Program-made: the position numbers and the translations under genes
From: Octopus bimaculoides
Lineage: Eukaryota
Assembly (NCBI RefSeq): GCF_001194135.2
Contig: NC_068988.1
Span: forward strand, 36,530,383-36,580,482
Direction: 5' to 3'
DNA: 50,100 nucleotides
The notes under the pieces: generated by a model
The model's input: only the letters and a program-made list of their open reading frames with translations
What the model was told of the DNA's origin: nothing
Databases searched by the model: none
Shown here: piece after piece, positions 22,599-35,039 of the stretch
How positions within the stretch are numbered: the stretch's first letter is position 1
Layout of the letters: every line of letters begins with the position of its first letter

Positions 22599-24021
22599 GG
22601 AGAGAGATACTTATAAATATATTAATAGATAAGATATATCTTAAACGCTAAGAAGACTACCACTGAAGGGAACCCCGCTAAATTTGCTATGCTTAGTGCG
22701 ACATTTGTGTTAAATACCGTTATGTAAAGAATGATGCCAATATAAATTGAATGTAAGCACGAAACTTTTATCCTGTCTTCCTATTAAAAACATAGAATTT
22801 CAGCAGTTTGATATCTTTTTAAAAAATTTCCTCCGCTATACACATATTTGGAAGAAGTGGGTGTATACCTTGATAATACCATTATGTACGTAGATGTTTG
22901 AGTGTATGAAGTAATTTTAAAGTAGGTAATTTGAATGCATATTGTATTATAAGATTAATGTTAACTCCTTATCTAATTCTCACACCTGCCAGCATCACAT
23001 ATGTATACACTAAAATATATATTTTTGGATATATATGTGATTAAGTGAATGTGTGTGCGTGTGAGGAGGATGGTTGTATATATATATATATGTGTGACTG
23101 TGTGCGTGCTTGTATGCCTAAGCGAATGTGACTATATACATTTGTATGTCTTTAAATATCTATAAAAGTTACTCTTGTAATGCTATTATAATTACTAATT
23201 CCCTCTTCAAAAGATAAAGCTATGCACATATTTCACATACCATTTTTATTTGTTTGTTTCAGCAAGCACGCATATTACTTCTTTTCGTTTTCTTTCATTG
23301 TTGTTTTTTATCACCTTGTTTCTACTATAACGTAATTTCTTGGGACTTTCAGTGAAGTTTCTTTCCTATGTACAGCTTTATAGATGCATGACAAGAAAGA
23401 TACATCTATAAGGATTCGGGATTTAGTTGACGATATTTTACATTTCTGTATTAAGGTATGGATACAAAGAATATATCAGTTACTTGTTAGGATGCCAGAT
23501 ATCAGGCAAGGAAATAAGTAAATGCAAGAATATTTCTTTCGAGCTTGGATATTTTCAATCATTGTATGTTTTATTTACACTTAGAAAATTTAAATCAACT
23601 TAGGTGTATTGAGACATATTGAACGAGCTTCCTTTTGAAAGTAATATAGCTTAGCATTTCTAAACCTGGAATGTCTTAAAACAAGTCGAAAATCATGTGT
23701 TTAAAGAGATAGCTCAGAAAGTCTTACAAATGATAGCGTTTCATAAATTATGATCGTTATTATAGACAGAAAACCTCATACTTTAGTTGACATCTATATT
23801 AGAATTTATCAACAACATAGCTAAACTATTGACTCATTAAAATAAGCGAGCATTCCAACATTTATCATCTGATACTGGTAACTGAATTATACAATAATTC
23901 ACCGAAAGAAACAATGCCGTTATCTGCTTTCTCTAAAAGTATATGATATTATGAGTCTACGTTATTTCCTTTCTTTATTTTCAGAATAAATATGTATGCA
24001 TAATTTACGAACATTATATGC

Positions 24022-24054
<33 letters not shown>

Positions 24055-25799
24055 TGTGTGTGTGTGTGTGTGTGTGTGCGTGCGTGTGTGTGTATATGTG
24101 TATATGTGAGTGTGTGTGTAACAAAGATGTACAGCTGTTACTCGTTTTTATTTTATTTACCTATCCTAGAATCTGCATATGGGAAATTTTATAGGAATTA
24201 TTTTTGTATTTTTCTATTTAAGTACATGTCTGAACAACCAAGAGCAGATCTCTTCACTAAGTTGGATCGTGCTATCGTGTTATCTGCACCCACTGCAAGA
24301 ATATCAAATGCAAACGCTTCTGCACAACGTTTGGTTTTCTTTTCTCTGGATTATCCTCATCTCCCATAATTGTGCTGCAACATGGGATTGTTCTGAGTTA
24401 TTCTCATATCTGATAGAAGGAAAAGCATGGTTGATCCGAGATGTGCCTTGCATTTTTCCGTTTCTCCTCACTTCAGTTGTTAACTGCACCGTGGAGTCTC
24501 TCGTTTGCCCATACATACACATGCACATACTCTCTCAGACACAGCCTCACATATATGTATGAACTAATTTTGCAGAGTATCCTTATGTGAGTCTATTTAT
24601 ATGCATACGTCATAGATATACGTATATTTTCGTATCTACTTACACACATAGAAGCAACTAATAATGGTTTGCGGGGTGTAGATAATAGGTTTAACCGCAA
24701 GAGTTAACTTTTCATTAACAAACTGCGAAGAAAATGCGCCTCTCCACACTAACAATACAAATATCATAACTAACAGACTTTTTTTCCTTGATCATGATCT
24801 ATTATTAAGTTGCTTTGGTTAGTGTTTCTCCAAGTCCCTAAGAATTCTAGCGTTAGGGAGACAAATCCGGTTACAAACACAGAATTTGAAATGATTATCA
24901 CAATAAAATTGTTCCATTTCTTCAATTTTTTCTTTATTTTATAAGGTCCATGTGATGAATATCTTCAAAATAAAAGAACGAATTTTATATTTCTCACTAT
25001 ATCCCAACATTTGTATTGTTCTAGAAGCTTCCTGCGAAAATATCATTTTCAATATTTCTGTTAGGTAGCATTTAAATCAGTCTTGATATATTAACTTCTC
25101 TTTAAGAATGTCATTTCTCGAGACATTCTTAGAGAATGATATAATGTTAGGAATTATTTGATACTTATAAACTCTATGCCCGGCTTAACTCACACAACTA
25201 CTTCAGTAATCGCTCTCTTAATCAGATAGCCGCTCTAAAGTTTTGCCGAAGAAATATTTCCTAAAATCTGTACATCATTAACATGTTTTGAATATATGCC
25301 CTATATTTCAGAAAAGACAACAAACGAAATACGTTTCTAAATAAATCTCAGTGTAATTTTTATATAAATTTGCGAATATTATGAAAATTGCAATTTCTAC
25401 AATATACCAATTTTCTTCTTTTCACAATTCCTTTTGCGATTTTGTCATTAAAATCCGCATGTCCGTTTAATCTTCTGCCGAGTAAATTCAAAGTGTATAC
25501 ATTAGAAAATTATGCCACTCATCAGTATTTTAGCAAACTTCCAAAGATCTCGAACTATTAATTACTTCTTACAAATATTCTTGCAGCCGATGCTTAGTAT
25601 GAATGACTGAAAGGTTTTTCTTTTTTGTTTTTTCTCTCTCTCCTATCTTTTCTCTTTTTCAAAGAAAATATTTCTCCCTGCGTTCACTATCTTCATCTTG
25701 TTCTGATCTAATAATCCTCCATGTTTGTTTTCATTCGGTTTCCTTGTATATATCCACTGTCCTATTTTTGTTCCCAATTTTATTTTAGAATTTATGGGA

Positions 25800-25980
25800 G
25801 CAACTGTCTTTGAAGACTCATATTTCCGTTGAATGCTCGAAATTACTAGTAGATAGGCAGCCGACCACTGATGAAGGGTCCTTTCTCTATGCTTACCTGT
25901 CCCATTTTCAATTTCTTTCTCTCTCGTTGTTTACGTATTTCATATTGTTTGTACCGTTGATTATGTCCTGTACCGATATA
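25800..25980 (+). other. Degenerate hammerhead-like segment, probably a PLE pseudo-LTR relic
   Basis: ctgtc-tTTGAAGA-ctcat..atgctc-GAAA-ttactag-TA-gatag, followed by a second CTGATGA at 25868-25874. Pairings are imperfect. Confidence 0.35.
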
Positions 25981-26644
25981 TGAATNNNNNNNNNNNNNNN
26001 NNNNNNNNNNNNNNNNNNNNNNNNNNNNNNNNNNNNNNNNNNNNNNNNNNNNNNNNNNNNNNNNNNNNNNNNNNNNNNNNNNNNNNNNNNNNNNNNNNNN
26101 NNNNNNNNNNNNNNNNNNNNNNNNNNNNNNNNNNNNNNNNNNNNNNNNNNNNNNNNNNNNNNNNNNNNNNNNNNNNNNNNNNNNNNNNNNNNNNNNNNNN
26201 NNNNNNNNNNNNNNNNNNNNNNNNNNNNNNNNNNNNNNNNNNNNNNNNNNNNNNNNNNNNNNNNNNNNNNNNNNNNNNNNNNNNNNNNNNNNNNNNNNNN
26301 NNNNNNNNNNNNNNNNNNNNNNNNNNNNNNNNNNNNNNNNNNNNNNNNNNNNNNNNNNNNNNNNNNNNNNNNNNNNNNNNNNNNNNNNNNNNNNNNNNNN
26401 NNNNNNNNNNNNNNNNNNNNNNNNNNNNNNNNNNNNNNNNNNNNNNNNNNNNNNNNNNNNNNNNNNNNNNNNNNNNNNNNNNNNNNNNNNNNNNNNNNNN
26501 NNNNNNNNNNNNNNNNNNNNNNNNNNNNNNNNNNNNNNNNNNNNNNNNNNNNNNNNNNNNNNNNNNNNNNNNNNNNNNNNNNNNNNNNNNNNNNNNNNNC
26601 ACACACACACACACGCGCGCGCGGAAAGTTGTGCATATAAGCTC

Positions 26645-26812
26645 AGATATGGTCGTGTAATTAGCTCACCTTGCACAAACGTGACTTCGGGTTCAGTGCC
26701 ACTGCGCAGTACCTCAGGCTGATATCTTCTATTATACCCACCGTGCAACCAAAGTTTTGCCGGTGAAAGTGGTTGACGACATATGTATGTGTAAGCCTGT
26801 CGTAAATATATA
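26645..26812 (+). mobile_element. SINE family B 5' part, degenerate
   Basis: atggtcgtgtaatt..cttcgggttcagtgccactgcgcagtacctcaggctgatatcttctattata..accaaagttttg..ggttgacgac. Confidence 0.65.
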
Positions 26813-27530
26813 TGTGAGGGTCGGATGAAAAGTTCATATATTGACCAAGATATTTCATGGAATGTGACTAAATTAGTTATATTTTTCAATATAGTACCTC
26901 TTGCGGTCCTCTCTTTTCTTCTAGTGCTTGGATCCCACTGGTGAAAAAGCTTTCATCCTCTTGTTCAAAATCGCCAACAACAGCTGATAATGACATCATC
27001 ATAATTGCGATACTGGTTTATAGGTAATTGTTTATTTATGTTGGGGAACTTATGATAGTCTGATAGGACCAAATCAAGAGAATTGTGTTGGTGTGATCGA
27101 CCAGTCCAAAGCCACATTCATGCACAGCACCCATTGCAAGCAAGGACGTGTGTACCCGAACATTTTCTTGATGAAGCAAGAAATTATTTGTCATTTTTCC
27201 TGAGCGTTTGGTCTTCATAGCCTTTCGTAACTGTCTTATTTAGTTGGCATAGTATTCAATTAATGGTGTGGATCTTCTGAAGTTAGTCAATAACCACAAT
27301 GTCTTTTGCATTCCACAACATTGAGTCCATCACCTTCTCTGCAGATGAATCCACCTTGGTCTCCCTTGGGACATGTGAGGAGGAGTGTTTCCCAATGCAT
27401 GGATGGTCGCTTTGGTTCTGGTTCAAAGTGTTGAAGCTAACACTCATCATGACTTTGGAACCGTTCAAAGAAACAAGCACGACCTGCTTCAAACAACGTC
27501 GAATTTTCCTATGATCTGATCAGCCTGGTG
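26813..27530 (-). mobile_element. Mariner transposon, 3' two-thirds with terminal repeat, decayed
   Basis: Minus frames: TRLIRS*ENSTLFEA..FFERF..HDEC*LQHFEPEPKRPSMHW, SAEKVMDSMLWNAKDIVVID, LHQENVRVHTSLLAMGAVHECGFGLVDH, SDYHKFPN, ESFFTSGIQAL. Terminal repeat tgagggtcggatgaaaagttcata at ~26815-26838. Confidence 0.88.
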
Positions 27531-27544
27531 CGCATTTGAGCAGG

Positions 27545-27640
27545 TGTCACAAGACGTGACACGTTCTGAGTTCAAATTACTTCGTGTTTGACTTTGTCAT
27601 TCACCCTCTCGGGGTTGATAAAGTAACTACCATTGAGCTC
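27545..27640 (+). mobile_element. SINE family A partial copy between two mariners
   Basis: acgttctgagttcaaattacttcgtgtttgactttgtcattcaccctctcggggttgataaagtaactaccattgagc. Confidence 0.8.
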
Positions 27641-27702
27641 CTCAGCCACCAAGGGGATATGCCAAACTAGATATGCAAACAAATCTGTGGTATTTAGTAT
27701 TA

Positions 27703-28535
27703 TACGAGGATGTACCCAAAGTAACTGGAAACGTTCTCTGTGGGACCAACCCTTTGTAGTTTATATTTCTGCTGCGAGAAGCCACTTGGTGCGACGCTCA
27801 GGCATCACTTTGCCAACCTGCATCGTTCGGTGTGCTCGTACTTCCACGTGACGCGTCTTTGTTTTGCATTGCTCCTCCCCTTTCCGTTGATTTTTTAGAT
27901 GGCTGAAACGAAGGGACAGCGTGTTCTGTGAAATTTTATTTTCTGCTGGGGAAAACGGGAACCGAAACGAGTGTTATGCTTCAAACATGCTTACAAGGAC
28001 GCAGCCGTGAGCACATGTTTACAAGTGGTTTTCACACTATATTTAGGGTCAGTTGTTACTTAAAAGCCAACCTCGTTCAAAACGACATTCGATCTCCCGA
28101 ACGAATAAAAACATCACGAAAATCTCTGAACTGATTTTAGAGGACCGTCGCCCCAAAATTGACGAACTTGATATGACTGGTGTATCCTTGAGCTCCTGCC
28201 AACGAATTTTGAGTGAGGAATTACGAAAAGTATCAGCAAGTTCTGTGCCTCATTTGCTCACAGAAGATCAAAAGCAGTCACGACTGAATGCATATCGTGA
28301 ATTGAAACAACAGTTGGAAGTTGATCCGAATTTTTTTTTTCGAATATCATCACTGGTTAGGAAAGCTGCCGCTTATGGATGCGATCCGGAAACGAAGTAA
28401 GAATCAAGTCAATAAAAGCGTTAAATGTCACAACGCCCCAAATAGTGCATCACGTGACGATCAATGTTAAGACAATGCTGATGTGTTTCATCGATGCCAA
28501 AAGCATTGTCCACACATGATTTTGGAGCCGGCATA
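27703..28535 (+). mobile_element. Mariner transposon, 5' half with left TIR, decayed
   Basis: TA+cgaggatgtacccaaagtaac TIR. MAETKGQR, KFYFLLGKTGTETSVMLQT, SQPRSKRHSISRTNKNITKISELILEDRR, SCQRILSEELRKVSASSVPHLLTEDQKQSRL, IITG*ES..YGCDPETK, NVKTMLMCFIDAKSIVH. Confidence 0.9.
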
Positions 28536-30651
28536 CCTGAATTTAAAGGCATGATACACAACGTGAGTATTACCTCATTATAACTGCTGCTATATTGGTT
28601 TCTTCTAATGAACATCAAAGATCAGAAGTTCAGTTTCAGAGATACTTGAATTGTGACTAGAAATATTATAAACAACACAATATGTTTTCCTTCGTCAAAT
28701 CAAAATTTATATTTCCTTACAAGAAACATGAAAGATCGCTATTTCTAAGAAGGAGAATTTGGTAACATTATTTTAATGGGCTAGTGAAATTACCATGTAC
28801 ATTTAGTATGCCTCGTATGTCATATATTGTACGATAAATGGAACCCTAATTGAACTTGCGACAGTACATTTTAAATTTTATGCGTAATACATATCATTTT
28901 ATTGATTAATTGTTTGACAGCACTGACGTAATGTTCATTTAACTCTGTGATATAACTCAACGTTTACGAATTACCTAGAATACGATTCTGTGCTGATGTG
29001 TGTTGTAACGTGTAATGTATTGATATTTTACAAAACACATTGTTACAGGCATTACTCTATTCAATATAGTATATTACATATCAACGAAGTACTTCTTTAC
29101 ATCAAATATTCTAGATAATTTGCACATGCCTATAATCTATATATGTCAATCCTTGTATTTTAATCAAGGAGATCGAAATGATATACATTTCTTGAAATAT
29201 TTGACATTTCGTTCATACGTTCCACAACTTATCTTTACCAAACTTAGATTGTGTGGGTCAATGCGACTGAGAAAAACTTGTATAAAACTCTTCAATTGCT
29301 TAACTATCCGATAATTGATCTTAATGTTGCGACATCTATTTGCAGCGGCATTAGCCTAATTGCGTTGACCTTAGTTAAATCTAATCATTTTCGAAGGCAC
29401 GTTATGTAATTTAGCGCACGAATGGAGCAATTTGCTGCCAAAGATGGAAACCAATATATTCCAACAAAGTAAATTACCCTAGGATTATGCAACAGCCGGG
29501 ATGCCGTTAATGCTAAGATTTCCTATATAAGACTTGCATCAAATCGATCTTCATACCTGAAACTTAAAGTTTGGAGTTAAAGGGGATCACCTTAATCGCC
29601 ATATCAGTTTTTCATCCAAACAGGTTTCGATCTTCGCAGGAAGAAAATTGATTTATCTTCCATCAACGTGCCAATCTGAAATGTATATGTGATACTTAAT
29701 CTTATTTTCTGACCATATTTGACAATATTGAGTTTATATCACAGCTTCCCTTCTTAAAAACAAATGAATGAAATTCTTGATCGGGTTACAGGCTTTTCCT
29801 TCTTCCTTCTTTTTTATTTCAGTTGATATACCTTCCGGAATTCACATATCTTCTCAAATAAAATCTTATCTCAGAATATTTGGTCAATTAGCGAATATTC
29901 CCTGTGATATTTGGTCTAAACTTTTACAAATTTTCATCAAAAATAGCATATCTTATATTTCTCCTCAAATGTATAAAAGATAAGATAAAAATTCAATAAA
30001 TAATTACTTACATATGCATACAAGTATTTCATCGTGATGCATAAACGGCAATGTTTGAAGATAATATACACCTCAAAAAACACCATCGATCGATATGTAC
30101 TAAAACGTCTGTTGGAATGAAATTCGTACTGCCAATTATAATTGAAACAATATTATGCCTTATATTTTCAAACAGAATGTTGTTGAGAGATCACCTCTAA
30201 CGAGGTAATATATTGTCTCATATATATCGTCTCCTACGTTTTCAAAGAAGGATAGATTCAATGAATTAATTCTTAGTAGAAGATATTTGTAAATCACATG
30301 ATTGTGATTCTTAGTGTATTTTATAATATATGCTCACTAGATGCGACTTAACCATGAGACGATAAACAAAATTATTAATTATTTACAAGGCACACAAAAT
30401 GTCAACATTTTCTCAATATCTACAACAGTCATTATTTTCTATAATTCATATATTTCATAGACAAACCTAGCGCAATGCTCCTGAATTTATCAGATGTGGA
30501 ACGTATTTTCCAATGTTTCAACGAAAAGCAATTTCGATTAATAAATAAATGGTGCCTTAATACAACCGAATCCTGGGTTACAAAAGGTTGCAACGTACAG
30601 TTCACAACGTACAGTAATTGTGCTGCATTATCATTTAATAATCATTGATTT

Positions 30652-30835
30652 GAATTATAGCACAGGGCCAGCAGTTTATTTTGTTTAAGGGCGAGGTGGA
30701 AAGTATTTGCCTATACTTATTTTGTCGGCCGTGAATCGGTAAAGAAAGGAAAGACATTGACGTAATTTGCGCTCAGGAGTTAAATACGGACGAGATGTCG
30801 TTATGCAGTTACTCTGACGTGCTAACAGTTCTCCT
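30652..30835 (-). mobile_element. SINE family A degenerate copy
   Basis: gcacagggccagcagttt..tacttattttgtcggccg..aaaggaaagacattgacgtaatttgcgctcag..ctctgacgtgctaacagttct matches the family in reverse. Confidence 0.65.
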
Positions 30836-33199
30836 AGGTCATTGCGTTAACTTATGCTATACATACTGCAATAAATATAAACAAAATTAAAATATTATTT
30901 TACATATAATTTTAAACAATTAGTACTTATTGCAATATAATTGCATGATATTTATAAAAACATTAAGCTAGTAAAACTTCCTTACGTTAATCTGTACTCA
31001 TGTAAAAAAATATACTCGTACTTTCTTCGTTGTCAGACTTTCCAATTTTGGTTCATCTGCTAAATGTTTGAAAATATGGACAATGAATATTCGAAAGTAA
31101 GAATGTAGTAGTTACCTTTTTTACAACAGTTATGTTTAAAACACAGTTATACAATCGTATATCAAAGAGCAAGGTAGAAATATACACTGAGAATTTTACT
31201 GACCTCAGATTGTGTTTAAACATCTATTCAAACTAGCTTGTTAGGTATGTGCTGCTGAAAACGCCTGTAATCTTTGGTTAGTTGCGTAACAACAGGTTAT
31301 ATTCCCATAGTTTATCTACGTCGCCTTTCATACGCATAACCTAATTTTGGACACTTGCAGGGGGTTCCCTGCATCAAGAACAATATTATTAAATTGCTCT
31401 ACCAAATTCTACAGTTGCTCTATGAAGGGATTTTGCAGACGTACAGTACTTTCTTCTTTTGGGTCAGAGATAAGTTCTGATTATTGTGGGAAAATATCAT
31501 AGCGAATTCAAGGTTTCGGTCTAGCGTGGGTTTTTGTCCGACAATCATAGCTGCAACAGTAAAGCACGATGATATCCATTATACATAATTATTAATGTCT
31601 TTTAACTTGGCCAAATGTATTCTTCAAGTAACCAAGTTATAGCTAGGAGCATGTTTATGCAGCTAATTTGGCTTTTCCTCTTGTAAATTTTTGTCAAGCT
31701 AGTTTTGTAGCCCAAATGTTCCTGACCTAGCATGATAAATAATAATGAATGTGCATTGACTTGGAAAATAAACTGTTTATGACCTTCATCGATGTTATCA
31801 GAAAATTTGAATACTTTGAATATTTGTTGGGTATTTTCCTGTATACAATTCCCAACTTTTACAAGCTAGTTATGCACACTCTTTATTATATTGACATTGT
31901 TTATTTTATGTTTTTACTTTGTTTTATCGTCTTGATACAGAAAGCAGTGTCGTTTTGCGACAAAATCTCTTCCTGCATAATCGCTCTCAACGTCCATACT
32001 CCCATAGTGACCACGCCAAACGGAAATTTCATATACAAGTGGGTCCTGAAATCTTCCTGGGTTTTGATAACAGAAAATATAGGCGGATCTGTTTATTAGG
32101 ATTTTATTCGGCATATTCCCCTCTCAGATTCATAAACTTATTGCAGCAGTCCTTCTGTTTTTCTAAGCCCTGTGCTACAATTTGGACGTTTGGGCCCCCG
32201 TATATGGCTTTCACTATACCTCTCGTACATATAATCAAAATAGCTATTTTCGTTTCAGATAAACCTAGATTTGTTAGAATTGAAAGGTACAAAACAAAGA
32301 ACAAAGATTCCATTGAAATCACCCTCATACTTGAAATTGAATCGCATCACTAAATCTATCTGCCAACAAAATCTGCACTTTGCTAAAATTTTAAATTAAA
32401 AAGATTTAACTATTTAAATATGTCTTTTAAGCTTTTTCTATCATATCTTACGTCAGGGAGTGATATTTGTTAAGTCACGGAAAACTCGCACCTGAAAGAC
32501 TTTTGTGCTCCTTGCATTTTCAATACATCCTTTTAATACATTGTTTTACTGATATTGAACCAAATACCTGACTTATTTTGGGCCTTAGAAAAACAAACGG
32601 CTAATTTTTTTTTTAAATCATCAAGGCACGACTATTAGTGCGTTGGAATCTAAAGCCCTGCCTTTCAAGGTTTTTAAACATGCTTCCATCGAGGTAACTA
32701 TTTCAACAATAAGCCCATTATTTTGTTTTTGTTTTCTAATTTAATAAAGCTTTGTAGGTTCATTGAGACGTCTAAACTAAGCATATCTCTAAAACTTTGT
32801 TGCCCTGCATACTATAGTATTATTTGAATTAAATATATGAATGATCCTACTTTAAACTTTAACTTGCTCAAATATATTGTGCCAGCAATACCTCGATTGC
32901 ATATAAATTGTTGCCAATGGTCCAAATAGTTTATGTTCAGGAACCGCTTCATGAAATTCTGTAGTTTAATCATGGGAATTTAGGGGTATACATTGCATAT
33001 ATGAATTGAACAACTCTCTTGCGTACACTTAATTTATGACATGAAAATGCGGAATAAGTTCACTGACTCAGAAATTACTGCGTTCGAACATTAATGGATT
33101 AATACAATTGCTATGGGGATGCCAATATAGGACGATATTTAGTAGAACAATTGAAAGTATAATAGAAATTATATTCTAAGATTGTATGAGGATATCAAA

Positions 33200-34020
33200 A
33201 AAAAAAAAACTTACTGTTTGTCGTATGATGATTGTTCTTTAACTCCTTAACGGTCGCTAAGCTCTTTGTATCTTTCTGGGTTATGAACTGGTCTAAGTGA
33301 TTTTTAGTCTTCGAGAGAACCGAAACCCTTCCCATTAAGACACCTTGATAGCGATCAAAATAAATAGCAATCCGAAGTCCAGGTGAGTGCATGCGTGTGG
33401 CAGGACGTCCAAACCAAATTGTACCAATTTCTACCTGCTCTGTAAGTGAGTATGAAGTCCAGTATTGTCCTGAAAGAAATCATCACCCTTTCGATTAGCC
33501 AGTTCTAGCCGTATTTCATCGATTGCCCCCTAGCATCGGAATAACTGTCTGAATTCAACTTCTGAGGCCACAGAATACAAAATAAAACTTCAAATGCCAG
33601 TAGCTGCAGTGCATGATATTCTTCGAAAACAAATCGTATTTTGGAGTGATAAAAGTTGGCGAATTTCGTTTTTTTTTTACGGGAATATTTTCTTTTCCAT
33701 TTGCATTACCTGGGACATTTTATTTGCGTTTGAACATCGGACCGCAGATGGAGGCTCGGATCGTTAAATGGTTTTCAATTAATTTATGAGGAACCCAGGC
33801 ATCATAACAATTCACGTATCCAAGTATTTTTAAATGCCTTATAACGGTCATATGAAATACATGAATTATTGCTGTGATGGCTTTTCGTTTGGATTTGGTC
33901 ATCATCCACGAGAGTTGGCCTGTCAGAACGTGCAAGGATTTTAGATGCAATGTTTCATAATCATTTTCAGCACCATTTTCATAAACAATGCGTTCATGTT
34001 TTCTCACTGAACGTCCTGTA
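33200..34020 (-). mobile_element. Mariner transposase remnant
   Basis: Minus frames: ARSDRPTLVDDDQIQ, HLKILGYVNCYDAWVPHKLIENHLTIRASIC, ELANRKG..FQDN, SDCYLF*SLSRCLNGKGFGSLED, KNHLDQFITQKD. Confidence 0.88.
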
Positions 34021-34069
34021 CCCATAAATGCATATATGGGTACAGGACGTGTGTGTGCGTGAATGTATG

Positions 34070-34242
34070 TATATATAAATATCCATATACACATAGACAC
34101 ACACGCACACATACATACATGTAGACACATACACACACACCGACACCGACCCTCCCCCCCCACACATATATATATAAATATCCATATACACATAGACACA
34201 CACGCACACATACATACATGTAGACACATACACACACACCGA
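34070..34242. repeat. ~99-bp tandem duplication of a compound microsatellite unit next to a gap
   Basis: atatataaatatccatatacacatagacacacacgcacacatacatacatgtagacacatacacacacaccga occurs at 34071 and again at 34170. Confidence 0.85.
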
Positions 34243-34729
34243 NNNNNNNNNNNNNNNNNNNNNNNNNNNNNNNNNNNNNNNNNNNNNNNNNNNNNNNNNN
34301 NNNNNNNNNNNNNNNNNNNNNNNNNNNNNNNNNNNNNNNNNNNNNNNNNNNNNNNNNNNNNNNNNNNNNNNNNNNNNNNNNNNNNNNNNNNNNNNNNNNN
34401 NNNNNNNNNNNNNNNNNNNNNNNNNNNNNNNNNNNNNNNNNNNNNNNNNNNNNNNNNNNNNNNNNNNNNNNNNNNNNNNNNNNNNNNNNNNNNNNNNNNN
34501 NNNNNNNNNNNNNNNNNNNNNNNNNNNNNNNNNNNNNNNNNNNNNNNNNNNNNNNNNNNNNNNNNNNNNNNNNNNNNNNNNNNNNNNNNNNNNNNNNNNN
34601 NNNNNNNNNNNNNNNNNNNNNNNNNNNNNNNNNNNNNNNNNNNNNNNNNNNNNNNNNNNNNNNNNNNNNNNNNNNNNNNNNNNNNNNNNNNNNNNNNNNN
34701 NNNNNNNNNNNNNNNNNNNNNNNNNNNNN

Positions 34730-34779
<50 letters not shown>

Positions 34780-35039
34780 ATAAGAAAATGGAGGAAAGAC
34801 AACAAACAGAAATGTATCTTTGGCGCTAAAAATTCATTATTTCATTAGTTAAGCAACGTCAAGGTAACAGTGAGTTTGTAGCTGTATCTGTGTTCCATAC
34901 TGACGTAAATATGTATTTAACTCATTGCAAATGGTAGACGTTATTAGAACGAAGGATGCAGAGATACACAAAGAGGAGAATAGAGCGAAATATTGTGGGA
35001 GAAATCGGACAAGAAAATGTTCAAAACGTTCGAAAGTCT

